DNA of 62,430 nt, the filler included, from Barthelona sp. PAP020 (lineage: Eukaryota), in NCBI GenBank assembly GCA_040182905.1. It is 7 parts of 7 records of this genome, joined end to end, with 100 filler letters (N's around TTAATTAATTAA, not from the genome) between each part and the next. Parts side by side here need not be neighbours in the genome. Positions count along the whole stretch, not along the records: positions 8,990 to 17,854 come from JARQWU010000441.1; positions 17,955 to 26,941 come from JARQWU010000442.1; 5 more parts are not named here. The stretch is one strand, 5' to 3'. The notes below the pieces were generated by a model. That model made no database searches. It had not been told where the DNA came from and saw only the letters and a list, made by a program, of their open reading frames with translations. Below, piece by piece: positions 9,888 through 18,849 of the stretch (position 1 is the stretch's first letter; every line of letters begins with the position of its first letter). The position numbers were made by a program, and so were the translations under genes.

Positions 9888-12344
9888 TTAGAAAAAATTT
9901 TTCTTTTCAATAAATACTTCGAGATCTTTCTTTGCATTGTTGTAATTGACAATTGAATAATTGTTTTTTTGCCATTCAGAACAAAAATGATTGACACATG
10001 CTGCAAAAGCGGTGTTTAAAAAGTCCAAAACTGTTTCAGTTTCTTTTACATTATTATTCAGTAAACGGTTAAAATCTCCACTTCTTAATCCATCCAAGAG
10101 TAACATCGTGATGTTAAAACATGTTATCGCCAGTGGAAAATGGCCTTGAGGTGCAATTGATACATTATAACAGTATCTGGCTACTGAAGACTTTTCAATG
10201 ACTAAGAACAATAGTTGAATCAATCCTAACAACCCAGTGCCTCTAAAATCGGTCAATGGATTGGACGATTGAAAACCTATATTTTCCCAATGACTTCCGG
10301 AAATCAAAGGAGTGATGTTTGTATTGGTTAAGGCCATATAAACGGTTTGAAGACAGGTTCTATGCTCTAATTCTGTTGGGTCAAAAGGTACAAGAGCTAA
10401 AGCAGAAACAAAATCTCGCTGACTTTTCAAAGAATCATTGAGAGACGCTCGGAAGAAACCTGATTTTTCCGAATAACGACTACGAGAATCAGCAATAAAT
10501 GACGATAGATCCTGTGAAAACAGATAATCCATAAAAGACCTGTAATTTACAGTCTCAAAAGTTTGCTTGATTTGTGACGCAACAATGTGATTTTTTGTGA
10601 CACTTTCCCATTCATCATCATCATCCAAAAAGCTAGAATTCATAGATATTGATGCTGAAATAGCGGCTCGTCTTTTCTCGGCTTCTCTTTCCATTTCATT
10701 TTTCTTCTTTTCCAAATCTTTCTTCTCTGCATCTTTAGTGGCAATTTCAATATCATCAACGCTTGTCGAAGCATTAGCATCTTGGTACAATTGATCGTAA
10801 AATTGACCTTCTTGTTTTTCAATGCTAGAATTGTCTTTGAATTTATCAACTTTCTTTTGTTCTTCAAGTTGTTCTTCAGTAAACTTCCATGTTACGTGAT
10901 TGCCACTTTCATCAATCTGTCCAACCAATAAAATGCCAGCAACATCAAAATCACGCGTGACTTCAAGAATAGCAGCCTCAATGTCATCCTCACTAATGTC
11001 AGAAGGAATCTGACATTCCAATTCCTCATCTGTAATCTCATCATCCTCTTCATCCAACAAAGATAACATGTTCAGGAAATTCTGTTCTGCATCCTGTTCA
11101 TTTTCACTTTCCGTATAATCTGACAACGAAGCCACCATCAAATTCGGCAGCTCAACATCAGAATGAAACTCAATAAACTCAGCTTGTGACGCTGTTTCTG
11201 CACTGTCTGAATTCAGAGCAACAGAACTACTGCTTGTAGAAGAATCTGAGTCACTATCTTCTCCTTTCGAAGGAAGTTTCAAAGGTTTTACACCAGTGCC
11301 TGTACCAGCACCAGTTGGGGACCCTCCTATCGCTGATCCTGTTTCAACAATGGTAGAAGTGGGCAACAACACAGGAGAATTGAAATCAACACCCCAACTC
11401 TTCTTTTTACTGAGTTTCATTATTGCAGAAATTTCAGCATCACTTTCATCTGTCGAATCATCATCATCCTCTTCAAGCATCAATAAAGAGCCTTTTACTT
11501 TAGGATTTAGTTCAAAAAGTTGAATAGGTTCAACAGCATCATCTTCAATAACTCCCAAACCAGGGCCCAAAAATGTTTTCGCCTTCAATGACAATGGAGA
11601 GCTATTTGGAGCTGATTCATCCCCAGATTCATTTTGAAACGAAGGCAAAATGGGATTTTTGAACATCCCAAATTCTGTATCAGATTCAACAGCTAGAGCA
11701 GATCCAATAGAACCAGTACCAACTATTTTGCTATTTTCATCGCTATGTATTTCGCTTGTCTCCGACTTTACATTGTTCAAATTTTCAGATTCATTGATCA
11801 ATATCGGAGTTGTTGACGGTGTATTATCAGCACTTGAATCCTTTGTGGCAGAAAACATTACAGAACCAAAAGATTCCGAAAACAGAGAAGACAATTCTGA
11901 TACTGGACTACTCTCATTTGAATAGCTCTTTTGATCCTTTTCCATACGCGCAGTAACAATTACAGGTTCTAAAACATGTTTAGTGGATTCTACGATTGAT
12001 TTATTTGAATGAGGTGACAAATCAGAATTTTGAAATTCTTTTGGTAATTTATCAAAAGCGCCTTTCATTTTAAACGTATTGTAGGATGCTAATACTTCAT
12101 TTGCAACATCAATAGCTTCAACATCAAATGATGGGGAATAATTCAAATTTGAAGAATCCTTAAAAGTTTGAATACAACTTTTAAGATCGTTATATTTTGT
12201 ATAAAGACCGAGTAAAGCCTTTCTTCGTTGAAGTAAAGTACTTTGTAAAGATCTTTGTCTTCGATTTGATTTCATCTCACAAAATTTTTCCAATTTCGAA
12301 AGCTTTGCCGCTAAAGCTTGTGTATTGAATGGATCAACTGTCAT
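9888..12344 (-). CDS. ELMO/CED-12 domain protein (ELMOD-like Arf/Arl GAP) with long acidic N-terminus
   Basis: C-terminal HWENIGFQSSNPLTDFRGTGLLGL and FPLAITCFNIT are ELMO-domain signatures. Confidence 0.85.
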   Translation of the reverse strand: MTVDPFNTQALAAKLSKLEKFCEMKSNRRQRSLQSTLLQRRKALLGLYTKYNDLKSCIQTFKDSSNLNYSPSFDVEAIDVANEVLASYNTFKMKGAFDKLPKEFQNSDLSPHSNKSIVESTKHVLEPVIVTARMEKDQKSYSNESSPVSELSSLFSESFGSVMFSATKDSSADNTPSTTPILINESENLNNVKSETSEIHSDENSKIVGTGSIGSALAVESDTEFGMFKNPILPSFQNESGDESAPNSSPLSLKAKTFLGPGLGVIEDDAVEPIQLFELNPKVKGSLLMLEEDDDDSTDESDAEISAIMKLSKKKSWGVDFNSPVLLPTSTIVETGSAIGGSPTGAGTGTGVKPLKLPSKGEDSDSDSSTSSSSVALNSDSAETASQAEFIEFHSDVELPNLMVASLSDYTESENEQDAEQNFLNMLSLLDEEDDEITDEELECQIPSDISEDDIEAAILEVTRDFDVAGILLVGQIDESGNHVTWKFTEEQLEEQKKVDKFKDNSSIEKQEGQFYDQLYQDANASTSVDDIEIATKDAEKKDLEKKKNEMEREAEKRRAAISASISMNSSFLDDDDEWESVTKNHIVASQIKQTFETVNYRSFMDYLFSQDLSSFIADSRSRYSEKSGFFRASLNDSLKSQRDFVSALALVPFDPTELEHRTCLQTVYMALTNTNITPLISGSHWENIGFQSSNPLTDFRGTGLLGLIQLLFLVIEKSSVARYCYNVSIAPQGHFPLAITCFNITMLLLDGLRSGDFNRLLNNNVKETETVLDFLNTAFAACVNHFCSEWQKNNYSIVNYNNAKKDLEVFIEKKNFF

Positions 12345-12553
12345 AAATCCAATCTAACAATACCAATTATTGAATTATAAAATTCAAGAGAAAATAAATA
12401 ATGAAATTTATTTTTTTTATCAGGATACAATTGTCTTTTATTTTTTATTTTCAGAGTACATATTGAATATTTTAAAAGTCAAAAGGTGGGGGTAAAATTG
12501 AAGAATCGAAATTCACCCCCCAATCAATCCATCTTATTTTTTTCTATTTCATT

Positions 12554-12928
12554 ATGGATTCATCAAAAAATATTATTGTTTTAGGGGCTAGTCCAAGCGA
12601 AGATAGATTTTCTAATCAAGCTGTTTCACTTTTAGCTCAATATAATTATAATCCTGTTCCTGTTCATCCAAAAGCAGAAACAATCCATGGTTTCAAAGTT
12701 TATCCTTCTCTCTCTGAAGTTGATGTTGAATGTGAGCAGATTTCTGTTTATTTAAATCCAAACAGATTTACACCTTTGTTGGATGTTGTTCTAAATCAAA
12801 TCAAACCCAAAAGAGTTATTTTAAATCCTGGAACTGAAGATGAGAATATTAAAAGAACATTAGAAGAGAATAATATTGTTGTGGAAGAATTTTGCACTTT
12901 GGTTGCTCTCAGAAATGGATTATTCTAA
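12554..12928 (+). CDS. CoA-binding domain protein (YccU-like, bacterial type)
   Basis: IIVLGASPSEDRFS, VPVHP, YPSLSEV, PKRVILNPGTE, CTLVAL: CoA_binding_2 Rossmann family, 124 aa stand-alone. Confidence 0.85.
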   Translation: MDSSKNIIVLGASPSEDRFSNQAVSLLAQYNYNPVPVHPKAETIHGFKVYPSLSEVDVECEQISVYLNPNRFTPLLDVVLNQIKPKRVILNPGTEDENIKRTLEENNIVVEEFCTLVALRNGLF

Positions 12929-13184
12929 TAAATTGGATTGATTTTACAAATAATTGTGATAAACATAAACATACAATGAATTTTAACATTTGTTTATTTT
13001 TAATCCTCAAAAAAAAAGTAGTGTGAAGAGTTGTGATTTTAAAAAAAATATTAAATGGTCACATAACATACATATATGCATATTTTCACAATTTCAATAA
13101 TGGCCGCAGTGGGTTTAATCAAGTTTTAAAGATGCGAACAGTTTTAAAAAATCCTTGCATTTTTCTTTTTCAAACAAAAAATAA

Positions 13185-16178
13185 TTACAAACAACTTTTT
13201 TTACCAAGATAAGCCTCAAAAATCTTTCTAGAGGTATTGCGATAATGAATAGTTGATTCATCAGCAAATTTAAACCCATAATTTGAGGTAAAAATGTCTG
13301 TTGAAACTCCAAAATTTTTGAAAAAATTTGTGAATCTCAATTTATCTTTTGCATCTACTTTAAAAGATGATCCAACATGATAAGCTCTTAATAATACGAG
13401 AATTTTTTTGTAAAAGAACAACAATTCCTCTGCAACAAAAATACCATTTGAATCTGAAAGAAAGAGCAATTGTAAACAGTCATTCCAGCCATTTGAATGA
13501 AATAGGGCTGCAATATTTGTATTGAAAAACACAGAAAGTTGAATTTTTGAAACACAATTAATTGAGGCAAATTTAATTCCTGAATCGTATTTTTCTTTCA
13601 AATTGTCTCTCAAAAGGAACTGAAATTTCAAGACTTCATAAATTTGAAAGAAGGGAATCAATTCATTCAGGCGAGGATTCTTATAGGTGGCAATAAATTC
13701 CCCATCCACAAAATTTTCAAAAATAGAACAAAAGAACCAAGTGTTGCCATGATTTCCAAAACAAATGATTGATTTATACCTGGAAACTTCATTGTCAATC
13801 ATGCTTTGAACGTTAAAATCGATGGTTTCAACACTTTCTAAAGATCCTTGTGATTGCGAATCTTGAACAATCTTAAGATGTACAACAAACAATATAGCAT
13901 TGTTGAAACACTTGTTATATTTTGGCTTATACTGGATCAAGGGTTGAAAAAGACAATTAAGGAACAGACTCTTTGGGATGTAAGAATAAATTTTTTTTTC
14001 AATTGCCTGCATGTGTGTTTGTTGTTCTTTTAGCTTGGTAAAATGGTCTTGAACATTTAAAGATAGATCTACAATTGCGTAAAAAAAACAACAGAACGAT
14101 GGAACGGAATATAGCATGTGTATTTTGAGAGGATAATAAAAGACAATGAAAACAAACACCAATAATATAGATATTATAGTGAATACTAGCAAATAGAAAA
14201 TATTTGAAATACTAAGTTTGTTTTCGTGTATCACTGAAAAGACAGCTTGCTTGTACGTGATGATAAAACTTCCAATAACAGCAGCAGCATACGAAACTTC
14301 CAATTGATCCATATTCATTCCTTTCAACAATATCATCAGAGGGACGAAAAAAGCCACCAACATTTGGAGAGTATTATCAACAATTTTTGAAAATTTTCTG
14401 AACACTTTGGATGTGATAAACACATGTAAAATGGAGATAACAAAACAAAAACTGTAAAAATAGACTATTTCGACAATAATTTTGTCATTCAAGACGAAAA
14501 ATACAATGTTAACAATTAAACCAGCTGTTTGCAAAAAATTCAATTGCGTACAGGCAATTTCGTTATATTTATGAGTTTTGTAGGCGCTGGTACCCTTCAA
14601 ATATTGAGTCAAAGGGTCTTTTTCAACTTTACTTGATTGCGTAAATTGTTCAATTACTGTGGATGATAAACTGAAAAACTCATCAACCCCCTTTAAATCT
14701 TGAATGTTTTGATATTCATCAAACCAATTTGAAACCATATCCATTTCAACAACAATCATTTTAGAAGTTTGCAAATCAATCAAATGATCCTTCATGATCT
14801 CTTGATACAAACTGATATCACTCATATAATACACATAATGTGCATGTTTCATTTTGTTTTGAACTAATTCCAACTGATATCCTTCAAACCATGAAACACA
14901 TTCATTAATAGTTGAAGGAAATATAATTTGACCAAAGTCACAAAACGATAGCATTGAAATGGCTTCATCAATCACTTTTCCAGTAACACTGAAGCTACTT
15001 TTGGTATTCCCATAAAAAGTAAATGCAAAGTCTCCACAATGAATGGAGACTTTAAACAGAATAGTTTTAGGTGTTATTGGAATGATTGCAGCAATTAGAC
15101 CCAACATTACTTCAAGAATCTCATGGTCAAACTCACAACCCTTTCCACTACCAACTGCATTTTTCTCTAACCAAATAGACTGATGTACATTAGAACAATT
15201 CTTTTCAATGTCTTCACAATTATATTCATTAATTGAAATGTAATCTTCAAAAGATTGAGATTGCTGCTCATTATAGTCACAATAAGGATTTTTAACGATT
15301 ATTATTTGAGAACCAGCAAAAAATGTGGACAAAAACCCATTTTGTTCAACCAAATTTGAGATCAGATGAAAGCATTTATTTTGATCATTTTCAAGACAAA
15401 ATCTGTCATTATCAACAGTACCAAAATGAATAACTGCTAGAATACCGTTTTTTACGGTACAAACAAACTTTCTACCCAATAAATCCAAAGTTTTTTCCAT
15501 TGAAGGATCTATATCAACATCATTTTCTTTATTTTCCTTATTTACTTTAGTACAAGACTTGTAATTCTCATTTTGTCCAGCAAAAAGTGTCAAAATTGCT
15601 TTGTCATATGAAGACATCAACTTTAAAAGAATTTCAAAGAAAAACTCTAATAATCGTTGATTTTCCTCAATTACCCTTCTATCAGTCACCATTCTTGATT
15701 GCCAGTGATTTTGGAAATACCGCAAAGCAACACCAAAATAAACAAAGATACAAGCATGATCATATCGAAATACAAAGCGTAGACCAAACAATTTATAAAA
15801 AATTGGATTGAATAGAAACTGTAAGCCAACAAGACCAGAATATGATAAATTCATTTGAAACAATAACACTGATAAAATGTATGTGGTGGTCATAAAACTG
15901 TCCACAAAATGCCAATATAAATCCTCAAAAACAAAATCATAAACAGGTGAAGACGATATAAAGTAAAAAAACACAAATGTCATGTTTTGAACAATTATGT
16001 TGAAAAATAGATTTTTATTGAAGAAAAAAAAGGCAAATACATATGTTATAGTCAATAATAACGAAATTCTAAAAGAAAAAAAAACGGTCAACAAGATGAA
16101 TATTTGATTGGCCAAATTGAAACACAATATTGAACGAACAATGGAATCATCGTGTTTTTTAACAAATCGTTGAAACAT
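13185..16178 (-). CDS. Multi-pass membrane protein with two degenerate class III nucleotide-cyclase-like domains
   Basis: Two hydrophobic TM clusters each followed by a soluble domain; KVSIHCGDFAFTFYGNTKSSFSVTGKVIDEAISM resembles the cyclase RIGIHxGxVxxGxxG...Y/FDVWGDTVNxASRM motif. Confidence 0.55.
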   Translation of the reverse strand: MFQRFVKKHDDSIVRSILCFNLANQIFILLTVFFSFRISLLLTITYVFAFFFFNKNLFFNIIVQNMTFVFFYFISSSPVYDFVFEDLYWHFVDSFMTTTYILSVLLFQMNLSYSGLVGLQFLFNPIFYKLFGLRFVFRYDHACIFVYFGVALRYFQNHWQSRMVTDRRVIEENQRLLEFFFEILLKLMSSYDKAILTLFAGQNENYKSCTKVNKENKENDVDIDPSMEKTLDLLGRKFVCTVKNGILAVIHFGTVDNDRFCLENDQNKCFHLISNLVEQNGFLSTFFAGSQIIIVKNPYCDYNEQQSQSFEDYISINEYNCEDIEKNCSNVHQSIWLEKNAVGSGKGCEFDHEILEVMLGLIAAIIPITPKTILFKVSIHCGDFAFTFYGNTKSSFSVTGKVIDEAISMLSFCDFGQIIFPSTINECVSWFEGYQLELVQNKMKHAHYVYYMSDISLYQEIMKDHLIDLQTSKMIVVEMDMVSNWFDEYQNIQDLKGVDEFFSLSSTVIEQFTQSSKVEKDPLTQYLKGTSAYKTHKYNEIACTQLNFLQTAGLIVNIVFFVLNDKIIVEIVYFYSFCFVISILHVFITSKVFRKFSKIVDNTLQMLVAFFVPLMILLKGMNMDQLEVSYAAAVIGSFIITYKQAVFSVIHENKLSISNIFYLLVFTIISILLVFVFIVFYYPLKIHMLYSVPSFCCFFYAIVDLSLNVQDHFTKLKEQQTHMQAIEKKIYSYIPKSLFLNCLFQPLIQYKPKYNKCFNNAILFVVHLKIVQDSQSQGSLESVETIDFNVQSMIDNEVSRYKSIICFGNHGNTWFFCSIFENFVDGEFIATYKNPRLNELIPFFQIYEVLKFQFLLRDNLKEKYDSGIKFASINCVSKIQLSVFFNTNIAALFHSNGWNDCLQLLFLSDSNGIFVAEELLFFYKKILVLLRAYHVGSSFKVDAKDKLRFTNFFKNFGVSTDIFTSNYGFKFADESTIHYRNTSRKIFEAYLGKKSCL

Positions 16179-17284
16179 TCACCATTAGATTAAAAAATAA
16201 TGTGTTAATAGTACATTAGTATATTCGTATTTGAGGTTTTCAAATAATAAATAATTTCATTTGCATAAGCAATCGCGTTGTTTAAAGGAATTGTTACTCA
16301 TCCAATCTTTCATTGCTTATTTAAAACGAATCAGAAGTAAAAATGTTTTTTTTTGTTGTTTTTTTGTTTTCAAGTAATTTTAAGTGTTTATCATTTGCAA
16401 ATTAGAGGTTCCTTACTTTTTAGCTGAATATCTGCAGTGATTTTCTGTGCTCTTATTCACTCAAAAGACTTCACCGGTCTTTCCCCCTAAACTTCTTGAA
16501 AAAGGAATAAAACTCCTGATGATAGTTTGAAGCGATAAAATGATTGTAATAAATTGAAATAACATTTTGTTTTGTCCTTTTTGAACCCCATGCGGAATTT
16601 TGTTTGCTTTATTCATTTCATCCTAATTAAATAGGATTATTCCACAAAGGTTAAAATTGTGAGGCACTGTGAGCATTTCAAAAGAGAAAGCAAAGTTGGG
16701 AAAATACATGAATAGTTTTTGAAAGTCAAATAATATCCACATTGCGCAAACTATCTATATTTTTATATTCCAAAGAAAATAGGATTTAAGAGTAGTTGTG
16801 CAAAGTTTCAGCGTAACAAGTACTTCACAGAAAAAGCAGTGGAAGAGATGGATTTCATGACAAAGACAAACTGAACGTTGTTTGCATTTTATTGTTGCAT
16901 GTTTGATTGACAAATAAAACCAAAAATGAATTGAAAAACTTTATGATTGAAACAACTATTCTTATTTTGGTTCTAGATTGTCAACTATGATCAAAAACTT
17001 TGAAATACTCTCTGTTAAATAATAGTTACCCAAACTTAAGTATGAAAAGAACAGTTTTTAATCTAAGTTACTCAGATTTCAACAAAGAAAAATGGTAGAC
17101 CATTTGATTGCCAAGTGGATCAAAGTAATCATCATCACAAACGTATTCAATATTGAACAAACTGGTGACAAGCAACCCAACTTAACAATGAATAAGCAAA
17201 GGTTTTGGTGTGATGTACTATTGTGTCTTGTAAAACAAGCCAAATTCTCATTCTGTAATCTATGTAAGAGCTTTTGTATCATTT

Positions 17285-17692
17285 GAGTTCACAGCAAAGC
17301 GGAAGGATTTCACGTAAAAGACAATATAAATGTGTTTAAGGTTTCTTCTTGCAATTTCTGATATTAATGGATATCAAAATTGAAAGTGAAATAACAACAT
17401 AGAATCAAATGATTCAGGGTAATAAGGACGCAAATGTGCATAGTAGATTAGCAAGGAATACAAGATTTGATCAAGGAAACCCAAAGAAGAACAATCAAAA
17501 TTTATTAGCAAGAAGGAAAAAAATTATTAAACTTTTATTTAGATAATCACCACATCCACACCTAAGGTATTTCTTTATTTTTAAGAGTGTTCTTAACCAT
17601 CCACGCAAAACGACTCAGTTGCAAGTACCCCCAAACTCTAACCGAGAACAATAAAGATCTTTATAAAAATTTATTATTATATTTCGTGTGAA
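17285..17692 (+). mobile_element. Non-autonomous element (full ~408 bp copy)
   Basis: 5' GAGTTCACAGCAAAGCGGAAGGATTTCAC; 3' CCCCAAACTCTAACCGAGAACAATAAAG...TTTATTATTATATTTCGTGTGAA, homologous to the autonomous 3' end. Confidence 0.9.
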
Positions 17693-17700
17693 TAGCAAAG

Positions 17701-17854
17701 AGTGTTCGTAGCAAAGCGGACGGATTTCACGTAAAAGACAATATAAATGTGTTTAAGGTTTCTTCTTGCAATTTCTGATATTAATGGATATCAAAATTGA
17801 AAGTGAAATAACAACAAAGAATCAAATGATTCAGGGTAATAAGGATGCAAGTGT
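17701..17854 (+). mobile_element. Non-autonomous element, tandem next copy, cut by gap
   Basis: AGTGTTCGTAGCAAAGCGGACGGATTTCAC is identical to the first 30 nt of the autonomous element; near-identical to 17285-17438. Confidence 0.9.
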
Positions 17855-17954
17855 NNNNNNNNNNNNNNNNNNNNNNNNNNNNNNNNNNNNNNNNNNNNTT
17901 AATTAATTAANNNNNNNNNNNNNNNNNNNNNNNNNNNNNNNNNNNNNNNNNNNN

Positions 17955-18740
17955 GTACGGCCAGTTGAGGCCATGCAACATTTCCAGTCTTATTGTTTGA
18001 CTCGTTGGTGTTGAGTCCCACGGTGCACCCTCTACGAACTTCTTCGCGGTCTTCTTCATTAAATCAATCTGCGGAGACAGATCCACCCCCGCATGGCTTA
18101 AAGTTTTCAAAATATCACCGAGCAGCATGGCTGCTGGGATCATAAGTTTTGCTTTTTTAAAGGAGAACGCCCTTTTGCTTCCAGGGCGCTCTTCATAAAA
18201 TTTAATTCCACTGAATATCTCCTCCATCCATTGATGGTGGCGATACACAGATTCCAGTAAATTATTTTCTAACTTTTCCTCCTTATTCTTCTCCTTTTCT
18301 CTTTCTTTAGTCCAATTTTCATTTTGGCTTTTTAACAAATTCATGACTTCCTCTATTTGGTCTGAAAGGAGCGACGTTTGCTCCTCTAATGTCTGGAAAT
18401 TTTGGTTAATTTCGGCGTTAGGTTCTTCAGTCATAGGAAGGTTCTTTCCCAGGGCGAAACTTAAACAAAATAGTGATATAGAGCTGTTTAGAATATTGTT
18501 TACTTGACCTCATTTATCAATCAGATAAATTCACGTTCTTTCATTGTGTTCCGAATTAAAATAATTCTGATTGGAAACTAATTTTTACTTTACTTACAGC
18601 TTATGTAACGTTCTTATTCTTATTATAAATCATTGTATATGTATTGGATCATATTTAACAATCAGAAGTGCAAGAATAGAACCTAGAACAATGTTTATTT
18701 TGTCTTTTGGGTGAAATCCGTCCGCTTTGCTACGAACACT
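17955..18740 (-). mobile_element. YR retrotransposon copy A (5' part only; ORF start at 18434)
   Basis: 5' UTR plus first ~160 codons; protein identical to copy C over this stretch. Confidence 0.9.
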
Positions 18741-18849
18741 TTCACTCGACAAAATAATAAACATTTGATAAATTCACTCGACAAAATAATAAACATTTGA
18801 TAAAAGCTTTTTCACTCGACAAAATAATAAACATTTGATAAAAGCTTTT
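18741..18849 (-). repeat. Triple reiteration of the element 3' terminus
   Basis: TTCACTCGACAAAATAATAAACATTTGATAAA starts at 18741 (32 nt), 18773 (38 nt) and 18811 (continues into copy B). Confidence 0.95.

Noticed and set aside
16300..17280. Possible decayed coding or TE sequence
   Set aside because: No recognisable motif in any frame I read
17701..18740. Long inverted terminal repeat formed by the + strand 17701 copy and the - strand element end
   Set aside because: They lie on different contigs across a spacer, so relative orientation is arbitrary
18741..18849. CRISPR-like ~32-nt direct repeats
   Set aside because: No unique spacers or cas genes, eukaryotic context; the repeats are the retroelement terminus
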